DNA of 64,000 bases from Amoebidium appalachense (Eukaryota > Protista > Ichthyosporea), in contig CAVNZM010000006.1 of the NCBI GenBank assembly GCA_963693365.1, forward strand, positions 7,357,264-7,421,263, written 5' to 3'. The translations under genes and the position numbers were made by a program. Below, piece after piece: positions 1 to 12,596 of this stretch (the first letter of the stretch is position 1; each line of letters opens with the position of its first letter). The notes under the pieces were generated by a model that saw only the letters and a list, made by a program, of their open reading frames with translations, ran no database searches and was not told the origin of the DNA.

Positions 1-3000
1 ACCCCAACGGGCACTGAGTACCTCACGGAGTGGGCTGACACGGAGCCCGTCATTCGTGAAACTTATCACCGGTGGACGGCCCGCAGGAACCCACACATCG
101 AGGAGATGCTCGCCGACCCAATGTGGGCCGACATCTATCGACCGATCCCCCCCGAAGACTCCCCATTAGGGTCTATAATGCACCCGGCCACCCACGACGA
201 GCTCCAACAGATCGTCCAAAGCCGACAGGGGGGGAAGGCCCCCGGCCCAACGGAAATCCAGTACGAATACTTCCAACACCTGGGGCCAAAGGGGCTAGCA
301 TGGCTCCTACATATCATCAACGGATGTCTGGCCACGGGGACCACACCGAGGTCATGGCTGCACCACACCATCCATCCCCTACCGAAAGGGGAATGGGAAG
401 GTGACTTCGACAAAACCCGACCGATAGCACTCTTGGAAACGGCACGGAAGCTGCTAGAATCGGTCATCAACCAGCGCCTACTCTCGATCTTCCGGCAGTA
501 CCCCACCCTCCTCCCGGGGGGGAATTTTGGGTTCGTGCCGGGCCCGGGTATCGACGGGGCGCTGGCTATCATCCGAGAGACGATAGAGGATGCCATAGAC
601 CACGACCAGGAACTATGGATCGTCCAACAGGACATTAAGAGGGCATATGACACGGTGTCTTGGCCCTCGGTGGAACTGGGGCTCACCCGCCTGGGCACAG
701 ACCCCCAGCTAATCACCCTCCTCCGGCACATGTGGCACAGTCGTACGGCCACGGTGTGCACAGACCAGGGGCACACTGAGTCTTTCCCTGTTGAAAACGG
801 CCTGGCCCAAGGGGCTGTCCTCTCCCCCATTCTGTGGATTATTTTCTACGATCCAGTTTTAACAGCCATCAAAAGGCACGGCAAGGGGTACACTTTCCAC
901 CTACCCCCACAGACACAGCACCACACACCGGCACAAACACCCCCGTGTGTGACGTCTGTAGCTTTCGCCGACGACACAACATGGTTTGGCCCCAACAAGG
1001 AGAGCATCCAGCAAACTCTCGATTTATCTGCCCCCTTTTTTTATTACCATGACTTGGAACCACACCCAGACAAGTTTTCAGTCCTCGCCCGTGGTACCCC
1101 AACACGGGCAACAGTGGCCCCCATGCAGTACCGCAAATCCCCGGGAGCACCACCCCTACCCATTCAGATCGAGCTCCCCGATGCAAACATCAGAGTGCTA
1201 GGGGTCAACATCACCCTCCAACGACACACCCGGCCCAACGATGGGAAGGCCATGCAGCTGACATTACGGGCCACCACCATACTAGCCCGTAAAATGCTGG
1301 CACCCAGCCAAGTGATCTACGTAGCCAACAGTGTGGTGGCCCCGGCCATCCTCTTCCTCCTCAAAGGGTCAGTCATCAGCAACACCACCATGCAGGCAAT
1401 CGACAGCAAGTGGAGAGACCTACTCCGTCGGAAGTGTGGTTTCCACCGGAGCACCCCGTCCGGGCTGCTACACCATCCCACTCTAGGGGGACTGGCCAGC
1501 ATCGTCGAATCAGCAGCCAGCACCATGGTTACGGAGCTGTGTGCCCTGCTGGAAACACCAGGACCAGCAGGGGACGTGGTCCGGTACCGAGCCTGGCAGC
1601 AGCAACACGTGACAGGCCTACCCTACCCACCCCTGCAAGCACCCCCAGCCAAACTTTACAGGCTAGGGGGAAAGCAGCTCCACAACTATTGGGCCCATAT
1701 CACGGGGATCCTTCACGAGCGGCACCTGAGTATTGGGGAAACCCCTCCCCAAAAAAACACAAGCACCCCCCACCCCACCCCCCCCTCCCCCCAAGGAGAA
1801 GGAGGGGGAAGCAGCAACAACAACCAGCACCCCTATCAACACCGTTTTCCCGGACCACACCTTTGCGGCCCACATCGGCCCCCACACACACCCCCGTCAA
1901 CTCTACACGGTGGAGGACACCATGGTACGGCCGGGGGTGTTCCGGGCGTTCCCCGAACTGCCCCACCCCCCAGACCTACTACACCCGGGAGCTACACAGT
2001 GGTACAGGTCCATCATCAAGGGGGCCATCCCCATCGCAGACAAACTACGGCCAGCACCCAGACCACACACCCACCACACCATTGACCTCGTGCCAAACCA
2101 CCCCGTCGGTGCATTCGTGGTGGAAATAGTCAAGAACGGGCAATACGAACTCAGCCAGGTGGTGGCCCACACCACCCACAACGGGGAGGCTTGGGTCAAA
2201 ATAGCCCATCTACGGGACAACACAGAGGAGGAGGGGCTGAGATGGCACCGACCCACGTGGAACGACCCACATGGAACAGCCCATTTCCGCTTTTGCCCTG
2301 GTGACTGCAAATACGGCCACTCCCCATGGAACCTAGCTTACACCCCGGCCACCCTCTCCCCCAACCCCGGGTACGCAGACGGAGAGGGGGAAGGGTTAGA
2401 CACGGAGCCAGAATCGGAGTCGACGGGGCCCAGCGACGACTCCGACGACTCAGAGGACTCTAACACCGACAGCACCAACAGCAAATACGAGCCCCCTGAG
2501 CCCCCAGCCGATAATCACACCCACAACAAGCAGTGTGTGGGGTGGACCCGTGCTGTGGAGGTGATACGGGCAGACCCCTACGTGGCCTTCAAGACCCGAA
2601 TCACCACCCACATGGTAGTCCCGAAGTACCACAAGGACTTCATCAACACCGACAGTATCGACATCTACCAAGTCATCGCACTGAAGGATGGCTCCGATCC
2701 GGCCGAGCAGTGGAGGAAGATACACCATTTCCGGCGGCATCTTCCCCCCCACCAACAGGCATCACCCCAGATGCTCCACCTGCAAGCCAACGAGGAAGCC
2801 ACACCCTTACCGGGGGACCTCCCCGGCCCACCCCCCCCCCCAGCAGCCACCACCGGTAGGGTCACCACCAGGACACAAGTGCACGGCCCACCCGGCTGAC
2901 CTGCCGAGCCCACCCACTCCCCGTAGGCTCACCTACACCGACTTGGTGCCCCAGGCCACCTATGACGAGTGGCAGCAGCAAATCACCCTGATCCCCCCAG

Positions 3001-4485
3001 ACCAACCGATCACCGTTTATACGGACGGCAGCCTCATCCACCCGGGCAGGAGGATAGCCCAGGCCGGAGCCGGGGCGGCACTGGACACCCCGGACCGGAA
3101 AGCACCTCCAGTGACGGCCAAGACCAGGCTCCATACGGCCCTATCATCCACCCAAGCCGAACTCACAGGGGTACTACTAGCCCTCCTGCTCACCCCCACC
3201 ACCACCCCCATCCACATCAAGCTGGATAACCTCGGAGTAGTCGACCGATGGACGGCAAATATAGACCCCACCACACCCCCTCGACGCAAGCTAAAGTTCC
3301 CCCACATAGTGGAATGGGCTCCAGTACGAGACCAACTCTCTCTCCGGCAACCAGGCTCTGTACAGGTATCGTGGGTGAAGGGGCACCAATCCAACACCAA
3401 ACGGTACGGTCAACGGAATAACGAGGCAGACAAGGCAGCCAATGCAGGAAGAGTCCTCCCCCCCTCCCCCCCCCCCTTACCTCCGGCCCCGGGGGGGGGG
3501 GAAATACTTCCTACGACTACAAGGCCACCGTATCCCCGGCAACATTCCCGGTACACTGAACCGGTTGAACAAGGACTTCCTCACCGACATGGCCGGCAAG
3601 ACCAAGGCTATGTCCATACTAGCCGACCCCAGACTGCTCCCAGCCGAACGGAACCCCCTCAAGCTCAACAAGGGGCCCACACAGGCAACCATCGGGGCAG
3701 TCAGAGGAAACACTCGTAGCCTGTCCCTGGCCATGGGCACCCTGCCTACCATGGCACGGCTACACCGAGATCACCCCACCGTCGTTACACAGCCCACATG
3801 CCCCCGGTGCAGCCAGCACCCTGAGACCACCACCCACCTCTGGGCCTGCCCGGCCCATGCCGGGGAAGTCCCCACCCTGACCACCGCCATCACAGCCTGC
3901 ATCCACAACGTCCTGCACACTCGTCATCCAAACACCCCCACGGCACAGCACCACCATACGGCAGCCACGGTGGTAGACCAATGTGCATGGATAAACTGGA
4001 TAGGAGGCAACGGTGACCCACCTGACCCCGAAGACACCAAGTGGGTCGAACGGGGATTCTGCCCACGATCGGTGGGCCCACTACTTGCAGCCACCGGCAC
4101 CACCAAGACCACCACCCGGGCCATCTTAGGAAAAATCACAGTAGAGTTGCAATCCTTTTTCTTTGCAAAAATTTGGCACCCACGGAACACAACACTCCCC
4201 CCCACCCACCCTAAAATGCAAAAACACCACCATATACCCACCACCCGTAGAAAGAAAAGTATGGCTCTCCAAAAACCCAAAAAACCAACAAATACACCCC
4301 CCACACACACCCGGCCGGCCTGTTCTGAATGCCGGAACACCCACAGACCCGGTGTGCCCTGTAAAACCCACCTTTTAGTCCACAAAAACATCGCCACAAC
4401 ATACGTACACCAACACATAATGTTAGGCAGCAACCCCCCACCACCACCACCACCACACCCCATCATCCACCCATACCCACCGTAA
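1..4485 (+). CDS. Retrotransposon ORF2 polyprotein (RT, uncharacterised domain, RNase H, zinc knuckles), split over four frames
   Basis: Consecutive overlapping ORFs 106-2085, 1733-2899, 2688-3719 and 3442-4485. The frame changes fall near C/A/G homopolymers (about 1745-1810, 2820-2840, 3455-3500) and no stop codons interrupt the domains, so these are probably assembly errors in a young copy. Confidence 0.85.
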
Positions 4486-4818
4486 ATATTATACACAACA
4501 CCTAGGACTTCCCAATACTGTAGATCGACCAATGAGAGCCCTCGGTTAACGTTTATTGCTAGGTTTTTGAATGGAGGGGAGGACTGGAGCCTCCTGCCGG
4601 CGTGGCTGGGGTAGTAGCCCTGGGCAAAGTGTGTACTTATAGTTAGGTTGTGAAGGATGGTTTAGCTTAGCTGAACTCATAGATAGCACCTTAACTAGTG
4701 TACTGTCGGTGCTGTGTGGTAGACGGTAGTTTCCCTAGAGGGCCTGAAAAGGCCTCCGGGAACAAAACGTGATAAAATAAAATAAAAAATAAAAATAAAA
4801 AAAAATAAAATAAAAAAA
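1..4818 (+). mobile_element. Non-LTR retrotransposon (RT + RNase H + CCHC zinc knuckle), 5' part outside the window, ending in an A-rich tail
   Basis: Frame open from base 1. RT motifs KAPGPTEI, TRPIALLETARK, QDIKRAYDTV, GLAQGAVLSPILW, FADD, RVLGV. RNase H motifs YTDGS, AELTG, LDN, WVKGH, NNEADKAA. Zinc knuckle CPRC..HLWAC. Stop at 4485, 3' UTR, then (TAAAA)n/A-rich tail about 4773-4818. Confidence 0.95.
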
Positions 4819-4850
4819 TTATGTAAAGTGTGGTGAATTTTGATCGACAC

Positions 4851-4917
4851 TAATATAGTGGGTTTTAGTTGTCGTTGCAGAGCCTAATCTAGTGGGTTTT
4901 AGTTGTCGTTGCAGAGC
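4851..4917. repeat. Two tandem copies of a ~33-bp unit just after the LINE tail
   Basis: taat(a/c)tagtgggttttagttgtcgttgcagagc at 4851-4883 and 4885-4917. Confidence 0.85.
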
Positions 4918-5196
4918 AAAAATTCGTATATAGGGGACGTAGGTAGCAAGTATAAGTTATAAATGTCTGAATTGATTGGACAATTCCATTTACTAACTTA
5001 TTCTTCGGCCGTCTGAATGGGCCACAATGGTTATGTGGCCAATCAGCAGCCCAGCTGGTAGAGGAGGCTTATGGGTATATAAGCCGACCTTAGATCGGTC
5101 GTCTATTTAGCATATTCCCCGTCGCCTCCTCTCCCATCGCCCACCCTCCCGCCCGCACATATTTTCTTTCCCCGTCGCAGCTTTCAAGCTTAATTC

Positions 5197-5301
<105 letters not shown>

Positions 5302-5371
5302 GCGCACGCGCACACCACACACATGCCTGCGCGCGCGGACGCACATAACATAGATATCTGCACACGGGCAT

Positions 5372-5412
<41 letters not shown>

Positions 5413-5442
5413 GTATGTGTGTGTGTGTCTGGGGGTGTGTGC

Positions 5443-6703
5443 TGTAAATGGGGCCTCCGGGACCTGGCGTCCTCAGTCTTTTCCTTGTCCAAAACATAGT
5501 TCTTGTCAACGAAAGCTGTGAACATCCGTCCCCCATCCGACTTTCATCCGTGTTCGGATACATATTCCCATCACATTTCGATGTCGCATGGTAGCAGAAA
5601 AGGAAGGTCTCCCTCAGGGGGTAACCAGGTAAACACGGCCTTCCACACGCGCGCTCTGCTAGCATGCTACGATAGCTCATCTTTACGGACGGATGGTCAC
5701 AGCAGTCCACGCGTACGGATAAGTACGGATACACGAGGATGCATTTGCTTACTTATTCGGACGTTGCCCCGCAATGAGGCCATTTTTTTGAACAGCCATA
5801 TCATTTTTCATATTACAGCACACACAACTCGGTTTTCGCACCAGCCCATTTCTCATAAGCGCATCATCTTTAAAACCCATTTTCCACACACGACCACAGT
5901 GATCGGCAAGTCTTGGTCCTGATACTTTGTGCGTATAAGCAAAGCACGCGAAACGCCACCCCCGTGTGCTGCTAATCCCACATAATGGGTGCCGGCCAGA
6001 CACTAAGCCCAGCACACGTTTGCCGGAGGGTGTGAGTCTCGGACTTTGCTTGTGCCCACAAGGTGGTTAAGATCACTACCTGATGATCACTAGAGTTGTG
6101 TGTTTTCCTTCAGTCTGAACAGCCGTCGTTTGCGCAAACTACGTGTATATACCCAATCACGATATATTTCAACATGTACATCCGGAAGGTCTATGTCTGC
6201 TTCTCGCTCTTGCTCGCCTCTGCTTACATGTTTTGCTTTTATGTTTTGTACCCACGTGAGGTCATCCTCAGAGGCACTGCAGCCCGCCCAGGTGTGGTTA
6301 GGGGATGGCTTGGAGGTTTGCCTGTCCCTGACATATACACTGTGACGCCCCCCCTACCCCTAGTATGCATCCACATGCTTATATGTTTGCACCCACGTAC
6401 TAGCCTTATCCATGTGTGAGGACACACACTATCCTTCTCTTGTGCGCTTAACATGTGACGTAGATATACATCGAGTCGCCCCAGACACGGAAGCCCCCCA
6501 GATCAATAAACATCACGATGTAAATGGGGCTTCCGGGACCTGGCGTCCTCAGTCTTTTCCTTGTCAAAACATAGGGTTTACACACTTTTTATTGCGTGGA
6601 CATCCAAAACATAGTTCTTGTCAACGAGAGCTGTGACCATCCGTCCCCCATCCAACTTTCATCCGTGTTCGAATACATATTCCCATCACATTTCGATGTC
6701 GCA
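5443..6703 (+). mobile_element. Non-coding LTR element (TRIM-like or deleted LTR retrotransposon) with tRNA-iMet primer-binding site
   Basis: Direct repeats TGTAAATGGGGC...GATGTCGCA at 5443-5588 and 6519-6703 with TG...CA ends. TGGTAGCAGA directly follows the first repeat (5589-5598) and is complementary to the 3' end of initiator tRNA-Met. No gag/pol ORF between the repeats and no TSD found. Confidence 0.7.
6575..6604 (-). mobile_element. ~30-bp 5'-truncated LINE insertion with 10-bp target-site duplication
   Basis: ggtttacacactttttattgcgtggaca matches 7116-7143. It is flanked by caaaacatag at 6565-6574 and 6605-6614 and is absent from the sister LTR at 5443-5588. Confidence 0.85.
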
Positions 6704-7114
6704 AGGCCTAGGTGCGCGGGCAACAACACGTGCATTCAACGACAGCTTGCGTCCTGTCAAGAAGCTCCGCCGCCGGCAAGAAGTACACGCCCCCTACCTA
6801 TGTACAGTACAGAGAAATCAGTACACGCGCCTATAGGAAGCATACGTGCTGTCAGCATGCGCAAGGCAGTCCACGCCGAGATTCAGATGATGTTGCGAAT
6901 CGGGTCCTCGATCGATCCGAATTATATTAATAACCGAACTTCGATTTGATTCCGAGTCCTAGATTCCTAGGCCGAATCCGATCGATTCCCGATTCCGATC
7001 CTTTCCAGTAACTGATATAGTGTGATAAAAAAGTACTTCGATTTCTACCCGATTCCGATCCGATTCCAAATATTATTCCGAGCCCACGCGGAGACCGTGT
7101 CGGGGCAATTTATA

Positions 7115-8480
7115 GGGTTTACACACTTTTTATTGCGTGGACACTGCCGGAGGCCCAGCCACATTCGACGGCCTACTGCGTTTTCCAGCGCAGCCAATCA
7201 AATGCAGTCAGTGACATATGTACATGCTAGGCAACAATGAGCGCCATCGTAGTATATGACACCCCTATTACATATTATGGGTAAGCAGAGGCTAGCATCG
7301 GTAGCTCCGAAAGAAAGTTAACTTAAGGCACCGGATCACAATATCATACTAGTACTGTGCAGCATTAATAAGGTGATCCAGGATAGTCATCTTAAAACGG
7401 ATATATTGAGGAAGAGAGGAAGAAGAGAGAATAAAACCGCCAATAACCTCCGGTTCTAATACGTTAGCTAACAGGTTGCACTTATTGATAGATATGCAGC
7501 CGCGAGTAAACCGGCCCCCACACATATTACACATACGAGCAGGAGATCTCCACCAGAAACCGATTACACCGCCAATCCATAATCATCTTTGCGTTTTTAA
7601 TTAAACCACACCACATTACGAGTAAACGAATCTAATAGTATGTATGAACGAGACTCTCTAACCGTATCCGCCATATAGGCTACTAGCTATAGTAGTTGGT
7701 GTTTTTGCGGTCCTAACACCGGAAGGAACTCAACACGTAGAGTAAAAAGATATCTATTAGCCATAGACTTGAAACTATTCATATTCACACTATGATCTAG
7801 CCGTACCTCCGGTGGGGTCGCCAGCCATTCCACATAACGCTCGGCAATGAGCAGAGACGATGGTTCAAGTTGAAGGGAAGAGGTAGAGGGGCGAGACCGG
7901 CGGGGATGCGTGTAGCCGGAAGAGCGGGTGGTCTGGGGCACAAGCGGACAGGCGGGTGATGTACTCGTGAAATTTAAGGGCTAATTCGTGTACGCGTTAT
8001 GATGGTGGTGTAAGCGCGTAGAGAGAATCAAAAAGGCGTCTAGGGATAGGTGTGGAAAGACCAGTGAGAAACGTACAACAAGTTGTGTAGTGGAAATCAT
8101 CTAATGATTTGAGGACTTAGTAACAGTATCAGGGGGTGCCATAGCTAGTAAGGGCAACCCGTATTCAGACAAAGGGCGAATATATGTGCGAAATATACTA
8201 AGACGATCGTATAGGTGGACAGTATGAGAAAGAGTAGCAAGATACACATCCCTAAATAACCGAAGACACCTGCCTGCACTCTCCACCCGACGGTCGATCA
8301 TCCGTTTGAAACATATGCCCCATTCGTCCACCGGAATCCCCAAATACTTGTATTCGATTGGGCGAGGGAGGGGACTGCCGAAAATACAAACGTCGTCCCA
8401 TGCCGGTATCGATTTATAGGAATGGTCTGGGGGGATCAACCGTCAACGCGGACCAGGCTCAAGCCAGTTTGTTTCTATTG
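7115..8480 (-). mobile_element. Decayed 5'-truncated LINE (RT C-terminus/thumb, zinc finger, 3' UTR)
   Basis: ORF 8101-8439 contains YKYLGIP and RTYIRPLSEYGL (non-LTR RT end/thumb). CNMCGGRFTR zinc-finger-like stretch near 7490-7535. Stops and frameshifts in between. The 3' UTR is repeated at 25808-26095. Confidence 0.8.
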
Positions 8481-10457
8481 CATAAAAATGCAAAAGAATG
8501 TTGTAGTATAAAAATTTACATATTAGCAAAAAGTATCATGGTCGAATAAAACATGAACAGCAATTACACACCATGATGGCGCATTGATGTAAAACATTTA
8601 GTTTCTTGGTTTGGAAACACAAGATCTGTCGGGTTTACACACTTTGTATTGCGTCTGCCCAAAGTTGACGTCAAACTGTGCACAAAACAATGTTGACGTT
8701 GCAACGTCAAACAAAGGCTCTTTTCCTATTTGTTCGGTCCGATCCAATCACTATTTTGGTGCGCTTTGCTCCAATCATCAATGCAGGATTAAAGAATACG
8801 AATGGAATTCGCTTGCGGCACATTCCGAACCACACACAATAGATCTCGATAGGCTGTTACTAGTACTGTAGAAGTACTGTACAGAGTGTACAGAAGGTTA
8901 TATTTGAATTTATTCCCCAAATGAGCCGATAGAACAATAAAAAAAAGTATTTCAATAGCGTTTGCGTTTCAACTTTCCGAAATGGTGTATATATATGTGG
9001 ACGTGGGCGCCCCATTTAATAAGTTCTATCCAATCTCTGTTTCAGTATGAAGGAATTTGTAGCAGCATGATCGCGGCCCTGCGGCTGCCTCAGACGAATT
9101 ACAGTATGTAGTGTGTAAACCCCTATGTAGTAAACCCCTATGTAGTGTACTCAAAAAAAAAAAAAAAAAAATTACATACCCTAGTTTTATATAATGGGTA
9201 CTACTAAGAGGCTCTCGGCCGCGGCACACTTGCGCACCATCATAATATAATATTCTGTGACGCGTGTACTATAATAATAATCATAAATTTTCTTAGCACA
9301 AGTATATACTTAGCAATTCTCTGGACTGTAAAACATGCATTATCCTGTTGATTGTATATGCATGTGTTGCAATACATGAAAGTTATGCATATGCACATGT
9401 GCAGCATGCATTTTCCATGTACCAGCAGGGTGTGAAATTGTTTTTGGCTGCTGCCATTTTGGCACTTTTCCACCAGCCTGGATGGCCCTAACAGAGCCAA
9501 CAACCGTTTTTGGGTGTATTTTATATATTTGGCACTGCTAGGGCCCATTTTGGGAAAATTGATGGACCTAACCTCAAAAAGTTATGGACAATTTTCGGAC
9601 TTTTAGGGGCATAGCACATACAGACTGACAGATCTAGAGTCAGTGAGGGCAGTCTCAGTGACGCGTATGGCCTGGCACCTGAGAGCAGTGCCCGGCCCTG
9701 CCAGGCTGCCAGTCCTGCCAGACATGCACGCATATATCACCGGTACCGGTGCATTTTGTACGTGTACATGCATATCTACATGTGCACGTGCAATTAAGTA
9801 TGATCACGTGCATGTTATATACGTGGCGATATCTTTTACTATGGATTATGCATGTTTATTCTACTTTTGAATCGGGAACTCGGCCCCACCCACCCGGCCC
9901 CACCTTCGCCCTGTGGCGATATATGTATATTAGCTGCAGGTGCTGCAGGACCGTACGGTACATACGTGCGGTGACGTATTGTTTTTGGAAACTTCACAGT
10001 CCAGTATACGTACTAGTTTGTCCGAACACCAATAATATATTGGTACAACGAAGCATTTCACATCGAGCTGAACGCCATATTATATGCACACAGTACGTAC
10101 GTATTTTTATAATCACCATTGAGATTAGTATGTGCTGATAAATCATGTTATTAATATCACGGTCAGTGTCACAGTACCACGAACAGTCACTGCTGCACAC
10201 GTGTGCGCGGGTACGCAGCGCGCGTGCGTCGCGGTATGTATGTGTAACGTGATGCCCAGAAATGGCTCCAAGATCTTTTGGTCTGGTGCTCGGAGCCACG
10301 CGACTAAGGGTCGTGGAATCTACCGAGTCTTTCCAAGCCCTTCGGAGTCATTGGTTAAAAGTCTATAAAAGCTTATACAGACCGTTCATAACAGCTCAAA
10401 CCCTAGAAGTTCACGAGTCCTTGCACGCAAAGCTCGTTTACAAAAGCACTGGGGAAG

Positions 10458-11117
10458 ATGTGTAATCCCAACAGTAATGCCTCAAACACGTTTGCGAAGA
10501 TGGCAAGAAAGGAGGTGCAGTCGGCCAGGCAGGCCGTGCACAACGTGAACTCATCAGCACGGCGCTCTGTGTCTCTGATACAGACGTATGTGCACAACTG
10601 CAAGAAGAAACTCAGCGGGAAAACGTCACTGAGCTACATCCACGGCAAAACGCACAGAACAGAGCGCGAAAACAACAGCTTCACGACCCTCTTCGACTAC
10701 TCGTGCAGGCACAGCGACATCGGGGCAAACACACATGCACACGCGCACGCACACACACCCACGGGCACGTTCATGAAGGCAGGCAGGCACATGTCGTTTC
10801 ACCGTTCGGAGTCCGCCCCTGCGTCCTTTCACGGTTACCACACCTACTACTCGTCGTGCAACTCTTGGGGTGTACGCTCTTTCCTCGCGAGCGAATCTCT
10901 GCATAGCATCACGACGAAAAGCGCTAGCGTGAAGACATCCGGCCAGTCGATGGATAGCGAAGAGAACGTCGAGTTTTGTAGCTACATTCCGGAATTGTGC
11001 GCGAGCGGAGTGGTGAAGAGGGTGACGTATGCGAGAGAGACGGAGAAAATGGCCGAGAGGTTGGCGGAGGAGTTGTGGAGGGCGCTGGAGGAGGAGTCTG
11101 CGGCATGTGTGTGGTAG
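10458..11117 (+). CDS. Intronless orphan ORF, 219 aa, unknown function
   Basis: ATG-to-TAG ORF in mostly non-repetitive sequence, codons mostly ending in C/G, TATAAAA about 95 bp upstream (10364). No recognisable domain. Confidence 0.4.
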   Translation: MCNPNSNASNTFAKMARKEVQSARQAVHNVNSSARRSVSLIQTYVHNCKKKLSGKTSLSYIHGKTHRTERENNSFTTLFDYSCRHSDIGANTHAHAHAHTPTGTFMKAGRHMSFHRSESAPASFHGYHTYYSSCNSWGVRSFLASESLHSITTKSASVKTSGQSMDSEENVEFCSYIPELCASGVVKRVTYARETEKMAERLAEELWRALEEESAACVW

Positions 11118-11823
11118 ATTTTTCTGTGTGTGTGTGTATGTGCACGTTTGTGTGTGTTTTCACATGTGTGCACGTGCTTTGCAAGTGCATGTGATGCCCG
11201 CCTGGTGCGGCTCAGTGCATTTGTATAGTTACTATAGATTAGCTACATATAGCAATCAGGGCATTTTCTAAATTTTAAATCTTAAATTTAATCATAGACA
11301 GCCCACTGATGAAGACGAATTTTGTAAATACTTTAAGGTTCGACGAGCTTAAATGTACATAGTATTTTTTAATTCATATCAAATTTGATTCTTTCCGCCT
11401 CGGCCCAAACTTTGTTATTAGTATCTGAAGCCTAATATGTGTGGTGACAGCGAATTACTATGGCATGCAGTGACCACTGAACCGCATGATATTAAACACA
11501 ATCCACGAATCGAAACCCTTGGCCCGCAAATGATGTCAAGTCCAAGTACTCATTTAACCCTCCCCCCTCCCCTCCCCCCCCCCCCCCTCCGGCCTCCCCC
11601 CCCCCCCCCCCCCCCCCCCCTTCCCAAAAAAAAAAAATAAAAAAAAATTCCTCCCAATGAAGGACTTAAGATTTACGGTAGGTTGGCGCCAGGCTTGGTG
11701 CACACACTCAAGAGAGTAGTACGGTTCTTTCTTTTGGCCTTGTAAGTGCTTTTTGCTATGACGAGCGAAAAACAGAAGTCGTTTTTTTTTATCTCTCTGT
11801 CCAAAATGGCTAGCCCAGACAGT

Positions 11824-12155
11824 GTAAAGGGGGTTTCTTTTAGACTTTCGGGCGGGGTCGGGTCCTGAGGGGATTCTATATGATTTTCATGCTGCGCATT
11901 AGCTGCGCACCATCGTTTGGCCGACTGCAAGGTACAGATGCGCCATAATGCAATAATAAAGGTACAGATGCGCCATAATGCAATAAAAAAGAAACAGAAA
12001 AGTGTAAAAAAAGAAATACACAAGGGAATAATAATAATAATGCATTAGGAAGAAAGCTGCAGTTGATATCATGATTTTTATGCTGAACAAATGGGTTGCT
12101 CACCCGGATGTGCTGGAATGGAGCAACTAATCGGGCTAAAAGAAACTTCCTTTAA
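11824..12155 (-). mobile_element. Kolobok-like MITE, copy 1
   Basis: Terminal inverted repeats (g)taaagggggtttcttttag ... ctaaaagaaacttcctttaa. Body is the reverse complement of 17931-18200 and 63554-63856. Confidence 0.75.
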
Positions 12156-12565
12156 GTGCCAATAAAGTGTTGCATATGTGAACCCACCATTACCTCTGAC
12201 CAATGTGGCCGAAATTAAGAATCGCAGGCACAGACTGGGGACCAATCGGTAACCTCTGTTAAAGTTTGACCTTTTAGCTTCCGTAGCTTCCTTAGGCTTC
12301 TTCAAAAGTCCCCCCCCCCCCTCCCCCCGGTGTATTATAACAACAATTGGCGTGTAATCAGGGGTTCACTTGGTCTTAATGCTGCTGACTTTCACAAGCA
12401 GACGTTGTACAGGAAATGAGGTAAACAGCACTTTTAAATTTAGTTCTTAAGTTAAAAATTTTAGCATTTTTTACACAGGCAATGAAAGCAGCGGCATGTG
12501 GTCCTGCTAGACAGCCCTCTTCTCAACAGGGCATGGGGGGGAAGGGGAGGAGGGGGCGAGGGAAA

Positions 12566-12596
<31 letters not shown>

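Noticed and set aside
1745-3500. Programmed frameshifting in the LINE ORF2
   Set aside because: All three shifts fall in long homopolymers, so sequencing error is the simpler explanation.
4580-4630. HDV-like ribozyme look-alike (gcctcctgccggcgtggctggg)
   Set aside because: Only superficial similarity. I could not build the P1-P4 nested pseudoknot, and such ribozymes usually lie at element 5' ends.
7115-7121. Telomeric repeat (GGGTTTA) at the LINE terminus
   Set aside because: Only a single unit at each site, never an array.
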